This document shows positions 19,675 through 28,720 of a stretch of 64,000 nucleotides of DNA, piece by piece. Under the pieces are notes generated by a model. The model did no database searches. It was not told where the DNA came from and saw only the letters and a program-made list of their open reading frames with translations. The translations under genes were made by a program, and so were the position numbers. Source of the stretch: a virus (lineage: Duplodnaviria; Caudoviricetes); IMG/VR virus record IMGVR_UViG_2721755587_000002, one strand, 5' to 3'. The first letter of the stretch is position 1. Every line of letters starts with the position of its first letter.

Positions 19675-20212
19675 CGCACTCGTCACTGCCGCCCAGCTGC
19701 ACGCCATCATGCCGCTCGCCGGCGCGCGGGCCGACGTGTTCGCCGTGCCGCTGGCTGCCGCGATGCTGCAGTTCGAGATCAACACGCCCACGCGGGTGGC
19801 CGCCTTCGTGGCTCAGGTCGCGCATGAGTCTGGGCAACTGCGCCTGCTGCGCGAGATCTGGGGACCAACGCCGACGCAGCGCCGGTACGAGGGGAGGGCG
19901 GACCTCGGCAACACCGAGGTGGGCGACGGCAAGCGGTTCATGGGGCGCGGCCTGATCCAGGTCACCGGCCGCAAGAACTACCTGCTGTGCGGGTTCGGGC
20001 TGCACCTGGACCTGCTGACGCATCCCGAGCTGCTCGAGCTTCCCGTGCATGCGGCGGCGTCTGCTGGATGGTACTGGCACACGCACAACCTGAATCGGTT
20101 TGCGGATGCCGGTGACTTCGTGGGCCTGACGCGGGCTATCAACGGCGGGATCAACGGTATCGCCGAGCGGCGGGCGTTTTGGGTGAAGGCCAAGGCAGTG
20201 CTGGGCGCGTAG
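19667..20212 (+). CDS. Endolysin, glycoside hydrolase family 19
   Basis: AQVAHESG, GRGLIQVTGRKNY and INGG.NG motifs. Confidence 0.92.
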   Translation: MADALVTAAQLHAIMPLAGARADVFAVPLAAAMLQFEINTPTRVAAFVAQVAHESGQLRLLREIWGPTPTQRRYEGRADLGNTEVGDGKRFMGRGLIQVTGRKNYLLCGFGLHLDLLTHPELLELPVHAAASAGWYWHTHNLNRFADAGDFVGLTRAINGGINGIAERRAFWVKAKAVLGA

Positions 20213-20251
20213 CCCCAGTTTTCCCTCAGCCCCACCACATTTTTCTCATTC

Positions 20252-20275
20252 CAGCCGCCTTCGGGCGGCTTTTTG
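20252..20275 (+). terminator. Intrinsic terminator-like hairpin
   Basis: AGCCGCC-TTCG-GGCGGCT-TTTT. Confidence 0.7.
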
Positions 20276-20291
20276 CATTTCTGAGGCCCCT

Positions 20292-20783
20292 ATGGCTGTC
20301 ACCGATACCCACGAAGAGAAAGAGACCCTGGCCGTCGACGTGCTGCTGCCCGGGCACGAGGCGCGCACCACCACGCCGCTGTTCCTGCATTCCAAGAAGA
20401 CGTTGATCGAGCGCGAGGGCGGGCGTTGCTTCATCTGCGGAGAGACGGCAAAAGTGAGCGGCCATCCGCTGGAGGCCCACCACCATCCCATCGAGCGCTC
20501 GCTGGCCAACATGATCGACTGGGCCAGCGTGGCTGAATTCGCGCGCGCCGGCGCGCTGGGCCCGCACGCGGCCACATTCGACTGGGACAAGTTCGACCCG
20601 GCCGATCCCTACACCTTCGTGGACGACATGACGGTCAACGGCCTGCTGCTCTGCAAGGCCCACCACACCGGCAAGGACGAAGGCATCCACGACATGCCGT
20701 TCCCGCTTTGGATCGCACAGAAGTACGCGCGGGAAGGGTACCAATTCACGCCGACGGAGGTGATTCACCATGCTGCTTCTTGA
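20292..20783 (+). CDS. HNH-like zinc-binding protein
   Basis: CFIC, LEAHHH and N..LLCKAHH pattern. Confidence 0.6.
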   Translation: MAVTDTHEEKETLAVDVLLPGHEARTTTPLFLHSKKTLIEREGGRCFICGETAKVSGHPLEAHHHPIERSLANMIDWASVAEFARAGALGPHAATFDWDKFDPADPYTFVDDMTVNGLLLCKAHHTGKDEGIHDMPFPLWIAQKYAREGYQFTPTEVIHHAAS

Positions 20784-21195
20784 AGCCGTCTGTGCGGCCA
20801 TCAAAGCCGTCTTCGCCACGCCCGAACGGATCTTCTTTGCCACCGTGCTGATCATCCTGGCGCTGGCCGGCGGGTCGGTGCTGACCTACCGGCATGAACG
20901 CGACGTGGCGCGCACGAAGCTGACGCAAGCCCAGGCCGACCTGGTCAAGGCCCAGGGCGACAACAAGGCGCTGGCCGGCTTGGTTGCCACCCAGAACGCG
21001 GCGGTGGCCGACCTGGAGGCGAAGGCCAAGCTGCGGCAGTACCAGGCGGCAAAGGCCGACGCCGAGGCGCAGGCGGCCCAGTCCAAGTACACGCTGCTGG
21101 CCGGGAAGATCCAGGCGCAGGTGCCTGGGTCGGATCAGTGCGCATCGCTGCACGGGCTGCGGCAGACCTTCACGACCGAGCGGGGGAAGCTATGA
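20770..21195 (+). CDS. i-spanin (Rz-like)
   Basis: N-terminal TM, coiled coil, C-terminal Cys. Confidence 0.7.
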   Translation: MLLLEAVCAAIKAVFATPERIFFATVLIILALAGGSVLTYRHERDVARTKLTQAQADLVKAQGDNKALAGLVATQNAAVADLEAKAKLRQYQAAKADAEAQAAQSKYTLLAGKIQAQVPGSDQCASLHGLRQTFTTERGKL

Positions 21196-21509
21196 ATGGG
21201 CAAATTGCGCAAAAACGCAATTCTGCGGCGCTGGCGGCACGCAGGAATATTTTGGGAATAATTTGCGCCGCGTTTTGTAGTCTGGCCGGATGCGCCGCCG
21301 CGCCGCAGGTGATCGAGAAGCCGGTGGAGGTGAGGGTGCCGGTGGCCGTGCCGTGCAAGACGGCTGAGATCCCCGAGCCGGACTGGCCGCTGGCGAAGGT
21401 GCCGGAGACGACCAGCGACTTCGAGTGGTTCCGGGCGGCGCTGGCCGAGCTGGCGTTGCGGGCGGGGTATGAGGTCAGGCTGCGGGCGGCGGTGGCGACG
21501 TGTCAGTGA
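21192..21509 (+). CDS. o-spanin lipoprotein (Rz1-like)
   Basis: Lipobox LAGC, VRVPVAVPC, ends AAVATCQ. Confidence 0.75.
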   Translation: MNGQIAQKRNSAALAARRNILGIICAAFCSLAGCAAAPQVIEKPVEVRVPVAVPCKTAEIPEPDWPLAKVPETTSDFEWFRAALAELALRAGYEVRLRAAVATCQ

Positions 21510-21799
21510 ACATCCATCCTTGCGACAGATGGAAAAAAGGGGTGTAGGCGGCAGGGTAGACGCCTACACCCTCGAGGTTTGGCAACGGGGGTCAATCTGT
21601 CGCCGAAATCAATTGTGGTGCGTTGCAGCAATCTTAGTACCCTTCCGAGGAAGGGATGCGTCGCGGAGCCGCGAGGGGCGGAGGATCTGGAGAACGAGGT
21701 GCGGGAGCGGCACGGGTGACGTGGCGCAGCAGCCTCCGGCGCGTCGCGTTGCCCCTGCGTGGCTTGCTGTGGCATCCTTCGGGGATAACGAGGGGTCAC

Positions 21800-22081
21800 A
21801 TGAACAAACTTCTATTGCTCGGCGTCGCGGCGGCTGCCGCCTGGTTCTATTTCAAGCAAGCGCCCAAGGCTGAGCAAGCTGCTCAACCTGCCGAACCCAT
21901 GATTGAAGCGACGACATCTCCTGCAGCTTCGCCGGTCTTTCAGTGCCAGGGGAAGCAGCATTGCAGCCAAATGGCTTCCTGCGAGGAAGCTCGTTTTTAC
22001 CTGCGCAATTGCCCAGGCGTGAAGATTGACGGCGACCACGATGGCATCCCTTGCGAAGTGCCACCACTGCAGTGTTCGTAG
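21800..22081 (+). CDS. Excalibur calcium-binding domain membrane protein
   Basis: TM N-terminus; CSQMASCEEA.FYL..CP..KIDGDHDGIPCE. Confidence 0.85.
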   Translation: MNKLLLLGVAAAAAWFYFKQAPKAEQAAQPAEPMIEATTSPAASPVFQCQGKQHCSQMASCEEARFYLRNCPGVKIDGDHDGIPCEVPPLQCS

Positions 22082-22339
22082 ATGGCGCCGGGCCAGCGCG
22101 CGACGTGTGACACGTGGCTGAAGGCGGCCGTAGCTGCATGCCAGTGAGCTCGTGGATGGTCTAGGATCAAATCGTCGATGACGACATTGGAGACCATCAT
22201 GCGTATGTCGATGCAAATTACCGGGCGTGCCGGCCACGCGATACCTGCAAATCCCAATTGGCCGAGCAAGGTGCCTGGACACCAATCAGGCCCCGGCAGA
22301 GGCAACAACCCGCCGAGCAAGGGAAAGTAGATCGGGGCT

Positions 22340-22480
22340 GGGGCTAGTCGGCGACTTTCTTGGGGTGCTCGCCGACGTGCTCAGCCGGGCTGACCAGCGC
22401 GCGGGAATCCTGGCTGGGTACGCTGACGCCGCCCGCATCGCCGGGCAGGCCTGTGAGCGCGCATACGACGCCCTAAGCGA
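22340..22480 (+). pseudogene. 3' relic of an alternative i-spanin (DUF2514-like)
   Basis: LADVLSRADQRAGILAGYADAARIAGQACERAYDAL with no credible N-terminus. Confidence 0.65.
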
Positions 22481-22491
22481 ATCTGGACAAA

Positions 22492-23166
22492 TCAAAGATC
22501 TTCAATGATCTCTCGCGTGCCGCGAATGAGATCGCCGACATCGCGGAGTTCGATCTTGTCCCATTGTGCATGCAGCGCTTCGTTGCGCACGGCCGCGTGG
22601 GCCTTCCAACGTTTCGCCTTCACCGGTGTGATCGTGCCCTTCTTCACGAGGGCATCGATGAGCGGATCAAGGTTTATCCCGGCCTGGGGGACGCCAGCCT
22701 TGTCGGCTGTCTTCCGGACAGCGTCCTCGAAGACAGCACTCGATAACACGGCCGATTCCGTTATTTTCCCTCGCTTGTGATAGTCCTCAGCATGATCAAG
22801 GAACTCATCAAAAGTAGATGCGGTGTAATAAAACTCCGCAGTACGAAGTAAGCCAAGATCAAGTTCTTCCGCCAAAGACCTCAACAATCCAATCGCCGCG
22901 TCCAATGCTTTCGTTGGCACTCCGGTTATGAGTGAATCGTCGCCAAGGATCTTGGCGATTTCACTTGAAAAATGCGAGTCTGAGGGTGCGGAGATTCGGA
23001 TCAGATTCTGCGCAGAGGAAAGCCAAGCCCGGGAATCCTGAATTGCTGCAGTATCAGTCACCCAATATTCTCTACCGTATCTTTCGGAGCGCTTGACCGT
23101 CGCCTCGATGGCCACGCCTCGCGCGATCAATTCATTGCATCTCTGAGAAATTTCTTCCGATTTCAT
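22492..23166 (-). CDS. HEPN-domain protein
   Basis: Low GC; SAVFED...RNEALH (Rx4H) C-terminal motif. Confidence 0.7.
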   Translation of the reverse strand: MKSEEISQRCNELIARGVAIEATVKRSERYGREYWVTDTAAIQDSRAWLSSAQNLIRISAPSDSHFSSEIAKILGDDSLITGVPTKALDAAIGLLRSLAEELDLGLLRTAEFYYTASTFDEFLDHAEDYHKRGKITESAVLSSAVFEDAVRKTADKAGVPQAGINLDPLIDALVKKGTITPVKAKRWKAHAAVRNEALHAQWDKIELRDVGDLIRGTREIIEDL

Positions 23167-23222
23167 ATTTCTTTCGTCTCGGGCAGTCAGTGCTGGGTGC
23201 AAGTCTACCGCGAATGTCTCCT

Positions 23223-23450
23223 GCCAGTTGAACCGCTCCGGAGGCACCGGCCGGCGCATTTGATTTTCACCCAGTCGCGCGGGAGCAGACGCCGGCCCGA
23301 TAGGTACCACCGGCGCGCTTGCCGACGATCCCCTCCAGATTCAGCGCCAGCGCATTGGCGTAGAGCCATTTCCCATCGTCGACGTCCTGGGCATACAGCA
23401 GGCCGGCCGGCGGATCGGCCAGCACCGGTACCCGTAGTACTTTTATGCGC
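23223..23450 (-). pseudogene. 3' relic of ATP-dependent DNA ligase
   Basis: LEGIVGKRAGGTYRAG then frameshifted WVKIK and VPPERF segments. Confidence 0.65.
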
Positions 23451-23557
23451 GCCGATTGGACTTGCAATTGACCGAGGGCGCGCGTGTTTAGCGAGCGTTG
23501 GGGCCGAGTCTGCTCTTGTGGGGCCGGGCTAAATGAGCCGGTGCCATTCGGCACTGA

Positions 23558-24139
23558 TTAGCGGTCCTTTGCTTCCAGTCCCATGGCTCGTGCAACGGAG
23601 GCTATAAGTTCGCGCCCCACGGCGCTAAGCGGTTGCGTGTTGTCCCTATGCATTTGTTCGCGGGCGTTCTCTAGCTCCGAGCATTCCCGTTCCCATCCCG
23701 CTAAGGTCTCCTGCCATTCCTTGACTTCTTTGTCGTGTTCCTCTGCATTGCGAACCGCGACCTCATGCCTGCTCACAGCATCCCTTTCCGCAAGCCAATA
23801 GCAAGCAGCGGCAGCCAATAGGGCCACGACCGGCCCGAACATTTGCAGGGCAATAGCAGCCACAATCAGGGTCGGAACGATAAGCGCAGCGCTGCTCCTC
23901 TTCGGCTCCGGCAAGGGCGTCGCATCCGGCCGATAATAGGCAGTGTTCGCCTTGAGCATCACTATTGCGAGATCGCAGTACTGTCGACGTAGATTGGCGT
24001 CGGTGATAAGTCGTGCCCGCTCTGACAATCCCATGTTTGGATTCGCGCCGTCCAGGCCCGCCGTCGCCACAAACTCCTTGAAGGCCTTTCTAGCAGCTTG
24101 CAAATTCTCATACAAGGAATCCCGGCTCAGTTGTTTCAT
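23558..24139 (-). CDS. Hypothetical membrane protein (2 TM + coiled coil)
   Basis: 193-aa ORF. Confidence 0.6.
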   Translation of the reverse strand: MKQLSRDSLYENLQAARKAFKEFVATAGLDGANPNMGLSERARLITDANLRRQYCDLAIVMLKANTAYYRPDATPLPEPKRSSAALIVPTLIVAAIALQMFGPVVALLAAAACYWLAERDAVSRHEVAVRNAEEHDKEVKEWQETLAGWERECSELENAREQMHRDNTQPLSAVGRELIASVARAMGLEAKDR

Positions 24140-24187
24140 GGCGTACCCCCATGCAACTAGTTTAGCCCGTTCCAGTGGACCCGGGGC

Positions 24188-24673
24188 CTAACGACTCACA
24201 AGGCTGATGCCGACCGCAACGGTGCTGGCTGCCGCTAAGGTCGCCGACATCCATCCACAAAATTGACCAACTATATTAAGAACTCTACCGGCCTTTGGGC
24301 GATCGAAAATCCCAGCCATACTTTCCGACAGTTGCCCTGTAAGCGAGATCCTGTCTTTGACTTCACTGGCCATCCGCTCAAAACTCTTTCCGCCCAAATG
24401 CATATTGAGCACGGCCAGCAGCACTGCGAAGCCGTATCCGAGCAGAGTGGCTGGCCCAATGCATTGCGGGGTGAGCTTGTTGCTAGCCAGAAGCGTCGAT
24501 ACACCAGCGAATCCGGCGGCGTTGAGAATCACTAAGTGTTTTACAGTTTCCAAGTCCCATATGGACGACATTTTGGCTAACCTCGCCCACCATTCTCCAA
24601 GCGAGTCGCGGATACGTTGACGGCGAGCAAGCTCCAACGCACACTCGTCCTGTTTCGGGTCTTGCGTGGTCAT
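24188..24673 (-). CDS. Hypothetical membrane protein (3 TM)
   Basis: ATGA overlap with SRAP stop; lower GC. Confidence 0.6.
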   Translation of the reverse strand: MTTQDPKQDECALELARRQRIRDSLGEWWARLAKMSSIWDLETVKHLVILNAAGFAGVSTLLASNKLTPQCIGPATLLGYGFAVLLAVLNMHLGGKSFERMASEVKDRISLTGQLSESMAGIFDRPKAGRVLNIVGQFCGWMSATLAAASTVAVGISLVSR

Positions 24674-25311
24674 TGGATTCTCCAAGGTCGCGGCGCCGGC
24701 TCGGCCGCCATGAGTTCGGATGGATAGGGCCGCATGAAGCTCCTCGCCCGCTCCGGATCCCGGCAGGTCAGCCAGTCATCCCACTCCGCCCGCGGCAGGA
24801 TGACGATCATTCGTTTTTCCTTGCCCGGGGCGTGGAAGCGATTCATCAGCGGGTGTTTGTCTGAGTTGATGGTCAGCATGGTGAATGAGTAGGCGCCATC
24901 CGGCCAATCCCGCCACAGGCCCGCGATGGCGAACTCGGGCTCGTCCTTCAGCCAGATCCGCCAGCGCACCGACTTTGCTTGCCCTTCTGCATAGAACGGT
25001 TCGTAGAAACTCGACGCCGGCACCAGGCAGAGTTGCCCCTTCTTCCACGGCCCCGAGAACGACCGCTTTTCGCCGACCGTCTCCGATCTGGCGTTCGTGG
25101 TATCGAACTTGGCCACGCCCGGCGGGATGCGGGTCTTCGGCACCATGCCAAACGTGCCCACAAGCGCCTGGCGCGCGCCGTCGCCGTTGCCCACGATGAT
25201 CGGTGCGGCATAGTCCGGCCAGGTCTCCGGCGGATAGTCCAGAGGTGGCGGCTCGACGCCGAAGACGTCGCGCAGCAGCTGGCGCTGCACGGGGGCGTAA
25301 TTAGTGCACAT
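24670..25311 (-). CDS. SOS response-associated peptidase (SRAP/YedK family)
   Basis: MC N-terminus, NARSET, FYEP, AGLW, FH....KRM. Confidence 0.92.
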   Translation of the reverse strand: MCTNYAPVQRQLLRDVFGVEPPPLDYPPETWPDYAAPIIVGNGDGARQALVGTFGMVPKTRIPPGVAKFDTTNARSETVGEKRSFSGPWKKGQLCLVPASSFYEPFYAEGQAKSVRWRIWLKDEPEFAIAGLWRDWPDGAYSFTMLTINSDKHPLMNRFHAPGKEKRMIVILPRAEWDDWLTCRDPERARSFMRPYPSELMAAEPAPRPWRIQ

Positions 25312-25723
25312 CCTCATCTCCTGGCAGGGGCGTGAGCGGCAACACCCGCCGCGCCTTCTCCGAGACGCGCCGGTGCTTATCCTGCGCATCTTGCCACGTT
25401 GGCGAGGTGAAGATCTTGTCGATGCCGCCGCCAATCAGGTGGGTAAGGAAAACCGGTTTGTCGCTCATCTTGTCCGACCATGGGCAGAAGCATGTCCAGA
25501 CGCGGGCATCCTGCTCGGGAAGGTCGGTGCGCAGCACGAAGCGTTTGAACCAGCCCCTCAGAAATTCACGATGGGCGTTCCCGTCGAGCGTGTGGACTGG
25601 CTGGCCGTGAGGGTCCAGGAGGTACAGCTGCATGCTGAACGGATTGCCATAGGCATCTGGCGTGCCGCCGCGCACGGCTTGGCGCAGCGCGCGTACCCAA
25701 TTCTCTGGGGTGTTGGGGGGCAT
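25301..25723 (-). CDS. Hypothetical protein
   Basis: 140 aa, overlaps SRAP start. Confidence 0.5.
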   Translation of the reverse strand: MPPNTPENWVRALRQAVRGGTPDAYGNPFSMQLYLLDPHGQPVHTLDGNAHREFLRGWFKRFVLRTDLPEQDARVWTCFCPWSDKMSDKPVFLTHLIGGGIDKIFTSPTWQDAQDKHRRVSEKARRVLPLTPLPGDEDVH

Positions 25724-25743
25724 GGTGGGGCGGGTGCAGCTAG

Positions 25744-26010
25744 TCAGCGGCGCGGGAACCGAGCGCGCAGCGGCGTCGTCACCGCCGGCCGGGCCACCTT
25801 GATCCGGTGGTGCTGGCCGTCCTGCTCGAACGACAGGTAATCGGCCGTCCACGCCATCTTCTCGATATGACGCGTCTCGATGCCGTGCACGGTGACGGCG
25901 TTGGCCGACACCGTGACGCCTTCGCAGTCCAGGCGCAACTCGGCCGTGTCGCCGGGCAGGAACTGGGTTTCCAAGAAGATCGATGCCGCCTGGTAGGTCA
26001 CAGGGAACAT
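25744..26010 (-). CDS. Hypothetical protein, paralogue of 25998-26360
   Basis: Shared WT.D.L.F...G motif. Confidence 0.6.
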   Translation of the reverse strand: MFPVTYQAASIFLETQFLPGDTAELRLDCEGVTVSANAVTVHGIETRHIEKMAWTADYLSFEQDGQHHRIKVARPAVTTPLRARFPRR

Positions 26011-26360
26011 GCCATCTCCCGCTGGGTGGCATAGTGGCGCTCGCCGCGGGTGCGCAGGCGGATGGCGCGCGGGCCGGCAAACTCAATGCTGTGGGCGAGC
26101 TGGAAGCTCAGCGAGGCGCCCTGGTAGTCGAACGCCAGGCGGTCGATGGTCCACGGTAGCGCCATGATCGCGGCGGTATCGACCCCCGTCAGGGTGATCG
26201 TCGCGCTGGCGGCCTGCGCGGCGGCCTCGACCTCGGGATTCCAGGTGTCGGCGGTGAGCAGCGGGTCCTCGATTGTCAGGCGAGGGCAGCGGATGGCCAA
26301 ACGGGCCGCTCCGTGGGACTGGCTATATAGATAGGCCGCTTCAGGGGCGCAGGCGAACAT
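25998..26360 (-). CDS. Hypothetical protein, first gene after the LexA boxes
   Basis: 120 aa; ATG at 26360. Confidence 0.6.
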   Translation of the reverse strand: MFACAPEAAYLYSQSHGAARLAIRCPRLTIEDPLLTADTWNPEVEAAAQAASATITLTGVDTAAIMALPWTIDRLAFDYQGASLSFQLAHSIEFAGPRAIRLRTRGERHYATQREMACSL

Positions 26361-26375
26361 GTCTCTCTCACTGGA

Positions 26376-26395
26376 TACTGTATGGATGTCCAGTA
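26376..26395. promoter_or_regulatory. LexA (SOS) box 1
   Basis: TACTG-TATGGATGTC-CAGTA. Confidence 0.75.
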
Positions 26396-26434
26396 TAGGA
26401 GTCGTCCTAATGCGGGTGCTGATAGTTGAGTTAA

Positions 26435-26450
26435 CTGTATGGATATACAG
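26435..26450. promoter_or_regulatory. LexA (SOS) box 2
   Basis: CTGT-ATGGATAT-ACAG. Confidence 0.85.
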
Positions 26451-26604
26451 TGTCGATGATCGCGGAGACCATGCGGCGCATGGGGCGCGGCGGCAACCGC
26501 GCGCTATACTGGCTCCCACCGCGGGTTCGGGATGCGATTCGGGTGCCAGTTCGATTCGGGGCGCTAACGGCGACTTTGGCCCCAAACCGGCCCCATAAGT
26601 GCAC

Positions 26605-26617
26605 TAAGTGATTGATT
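26605..26617. promoter_or_regulatory. IHF-consensus site beside att
   Basis: TAAGTGATTGATT matches YAAnnnnTTGATW. Confidence 0.55.
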
Positions 26618-26633
26618 TCAAAGTGGGAGGGAG

Positions 26634-26650
26634 TCCCCTCCCTCGCACCA
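26634..26650 (+). repeat. att core copy 1 (tRNA-Leu-like 3' end)
   Basis: TCCCCTCCCTCGCACCA, identical at 62687-62703. Confidence 0.9.
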
Positions 26651-26777
26651 AAGTCCTCTTTCCGCACTACCCAAATCCACACCAAATCATGCCGCAAACC
26701 TAAGCCCCACAAGGGTTTCTAGGCGTTTGCGCGTCTCGGCATTCGTGTCGGGAATGCCGCACAAAAACCCACGAAAC

Positions 26778-26815
26778 TACGCCTCATTACGCCTAAATTA
26801 CGCCCGCACTACGTC
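26778..26815 (+). repeat. TACGCC x3 + TACGTC at 10-11 bp spacing; probable integrase arm sites
   Basis: Seen directly between att and int. Confidence 0.55.
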
Positions 26816-26915
26816 AGGCGCAGCCTGCTCGGTACAATGCCATGTGATAAGCACACCACAATATCGGGATGAGCGCGTTTGCTCTGGCTCCGGGGGCCCC
26901 TGAGGAATTTGGGCA

Positions 26916-27920
26916 ATGGCAAGTCTGAGGAAAAAGGCAGCAGGATGGCAGGCGTCGGTATTCGTCCACGGTCAGCGCGAAAGCCGGTCTTTCGATACCA
27001 AGGCAGCGGCCCAGGCCTGGGCCGTACAGCGGGAAGCAGAGTTGCGCTCCCTGGCCGATGGTCAAGGCAGCAAGACGCATACGGTCGGCGACGTGCTCGA
27101 CCGCTACCAGCGAGAAGTCAGCCCTCAGAAGCGAGGCAAACGTTGGGAGATCTACCGGCTTGAGCTCATCGGCAACAAGGAGATCGACGGCAAGCCGTTC
27201 CGCGCGATCCGGCTCGCCGACCTGAAAGTCCAACACATCACCGCCTGGCGCGATGCCCGCTTACGCGAGGTGTCAGGGGCATCCGTGTCCCGCGAGATGT
27301 GCCTGCTGTCTCATGCGCTCAAGGTGGCCCGGGACGAGTGGGGCTGGCTGATCACCGACCCCATGAAGCCGGTCCGCCGGCCACCAGACAGCCGGCCCAG
27401 GGCGCGGCGCATCTCCGAGGCTGAGGTTGCCGCGATCACGGCGGCCCTGGGCTATCAGGAGGGGCTCCCCGTCGCTCTACCTAAGCAACGCGTTGCCGTT
27501 GCCTTCCTGTTCGCCATCGAGACGGCTATGCGCTCCGGCGAGATCCTGGGGCTGACAAGCCAGGCAGTCGACCTGACTGCCCGGGTTGCCCATCTTCCCC
27601 TAACCAAGAACGGCGGTGCGCGCGACGTGCCGCTATCGAGCCGTGCGGTCGAGTTGCTGCAGCTGTTGCCGGCAGTCGAGGAGGGCGAACCGCTCTTCAA
27701 CCTGACGAACAGCAGTCGAGACGCGCTTTATCGCGTGGGGCGGGATAGGGCGGCGGTGGGGGATGTGACTTTCCACGATACGCGGCATGAGGCGATCACC
27801 AGGCTGGCGAAGAAGATCCCGGTGCTCGACCTGGCGCGGATGACTGGGCATACCAATCTGAATGAGTTGATGACCTACTACAACGCTAGTGCGGCGGAGA
27901 TTGCGCGGCTGTTGGTGTAG
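26916..27920 (+). CDS. int: Tyrosine integrase
   Basis: TAMRSGE, TKNG, FHDTRH, TGH...TYY catalytic residues. Confidence 0.95.
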   Translation: MASLRKKAAGWQASVFVHGQRESRSFDTKAAAQAWAVQREAELRSLADGQGSKTHTVGDVLDRYQREVSPQKRGKRWEIYRLELIGNKEIDGKPFRAIRLADLKVQHITAWRDARLREVSGASVSREMCLLSHALKVARDEWGWLITDPMKPVRRPPDSRPRARRISEAEVAAITAALGYQEGLPVALPKQRVAVAFLFAIETAMRSGEILGLTSQAVDLTARVAHLPLTKNGGARDVPLSSRAVELLQLLPAVEEGEPLFNLTNSSRDALYRVGRDRAAVGDVTFHDTRHEAITRLAKKIPVLDLARMTGHTNLNELMTYYNASAAEIARLLV

Positions 27921-27981
27921 CGGTAGCGAGCAATAGCGCCGATCTTCCCAGATCAGCGCTACTGCAACGAGCACATCGGTT

Positions 27982-28281
27982 CTAGCCTGTCCGGCGCTGC
28001 CCTCGGGGCAATTTCTCTCGATGTGACTCTGTCCAGGCGATCACTTCGGCCGCCTTCCAGCGGGGATGGGCAGTGGCCTTGCTTCCCGCAGCCGCGGGGA
28101 GGCGAATGGGCCGGGGGAAGCCGGGTAAGCAAACGACTCGCTCGCGCACCACCTGCGCGGGCCGCTGCAGGTAGGTGGCAATCGCCTCCGTGCTCCACAA
28201 CTGCACGTTAAACGGAACCGCCGGCAAGACGCGCTCGGCGACGGCGGCAGCGAGGCGATCAATCAGCTCCGCGTCGCTCAT
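27982..28281 (-). CDS. Excisionase-like HTH protein
   Basis: LWSTEAIATYL...GFPRPIRL...RWKAAEVIAW; convergent with int. Confidence 0.7.
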   Translation of the reverse strand: MSDAELIDRLAAAVAERVLPAVPFNVQLWSTEAIATYLQRPAQVVRERVVCLPGFPRPIRLPAAAGSKATAHPRWKAAEVIAWTESHREKLPRGQRRTG

Positions 28282-28700
28282 TGCGGTCTCCCGTGCTCGG
28301 CGGGCCTCGTGATGGAGTCCACGGCCGCGTCTGCTTCCTTGCCACTCACATAGTCCCCGCTCTGCAGTCCGGATGGCACGGCGATGCAAGGCACACCCGC
28401 GGTGCCGAGCTGGTCAACGGGCGCGTCACGCAGTTTCAGATACCGTGCGGCATTCTCCCTCGCTGCATGGAATGAGGCGTGCTGTACATGGCTACCCTGC
28501 CAGTTCCACAGCGGCGCCGGCGTCATCCGCAACCAGCGGCAGATGATCTCCCTGCCGATCTGCTCCGCCAGGTGGCACGCGGCCGGGTCGCCGAACGGCG
28601 CCGGGTTGGCCTGGGCGACGTACCACAGCGTGGCGAGGCTCTCGTCGCTATGCTGAGCGAGCTGGTGTTCATCGATCGCGATGGTGATCTCGTGCTTCAT
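28278..28700 (-). CDS. Hypothetical early protein
   Basis: GGAGG RBS, ATGA coupling to next gene. Confidence 0.6.
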   Translation of the reverse strand: MKHEITIAIDEHQLAQHSDESLATLWYVAQANPAPFGDPAACHLAEQIGREIICRWLRMTPAPLWNWQGSHVQHASFHAARENAARYLKLRDAPVDQLGTAGVPCIAVPSGLQSGDYVSGKEADAAVDSITRPAEHGRPQ

Positions 28701-28720
28701 GGGTTGACCCTCCTGCAATA

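Larger units (their letters stand above)
1..26650. mobile_element. Prophage 1 (myovirus-type), right part; ends at att repeat
   Basis: Contiguous sheath-tube-TMP-baseplate-fibre-lysis gene order, ending at the tRNA-3'-end-like repeat 26631-26650. Confidence 0.9.

Noticed and set aside
26560-26650. Intact tRNA gene at att copy 1 (and at copy 2)
   Set aside because: Only the 3' 17-20 nt are present; upstream sequence lacks TTC of the T-loop, the D-arm and the 5' acceptor strand
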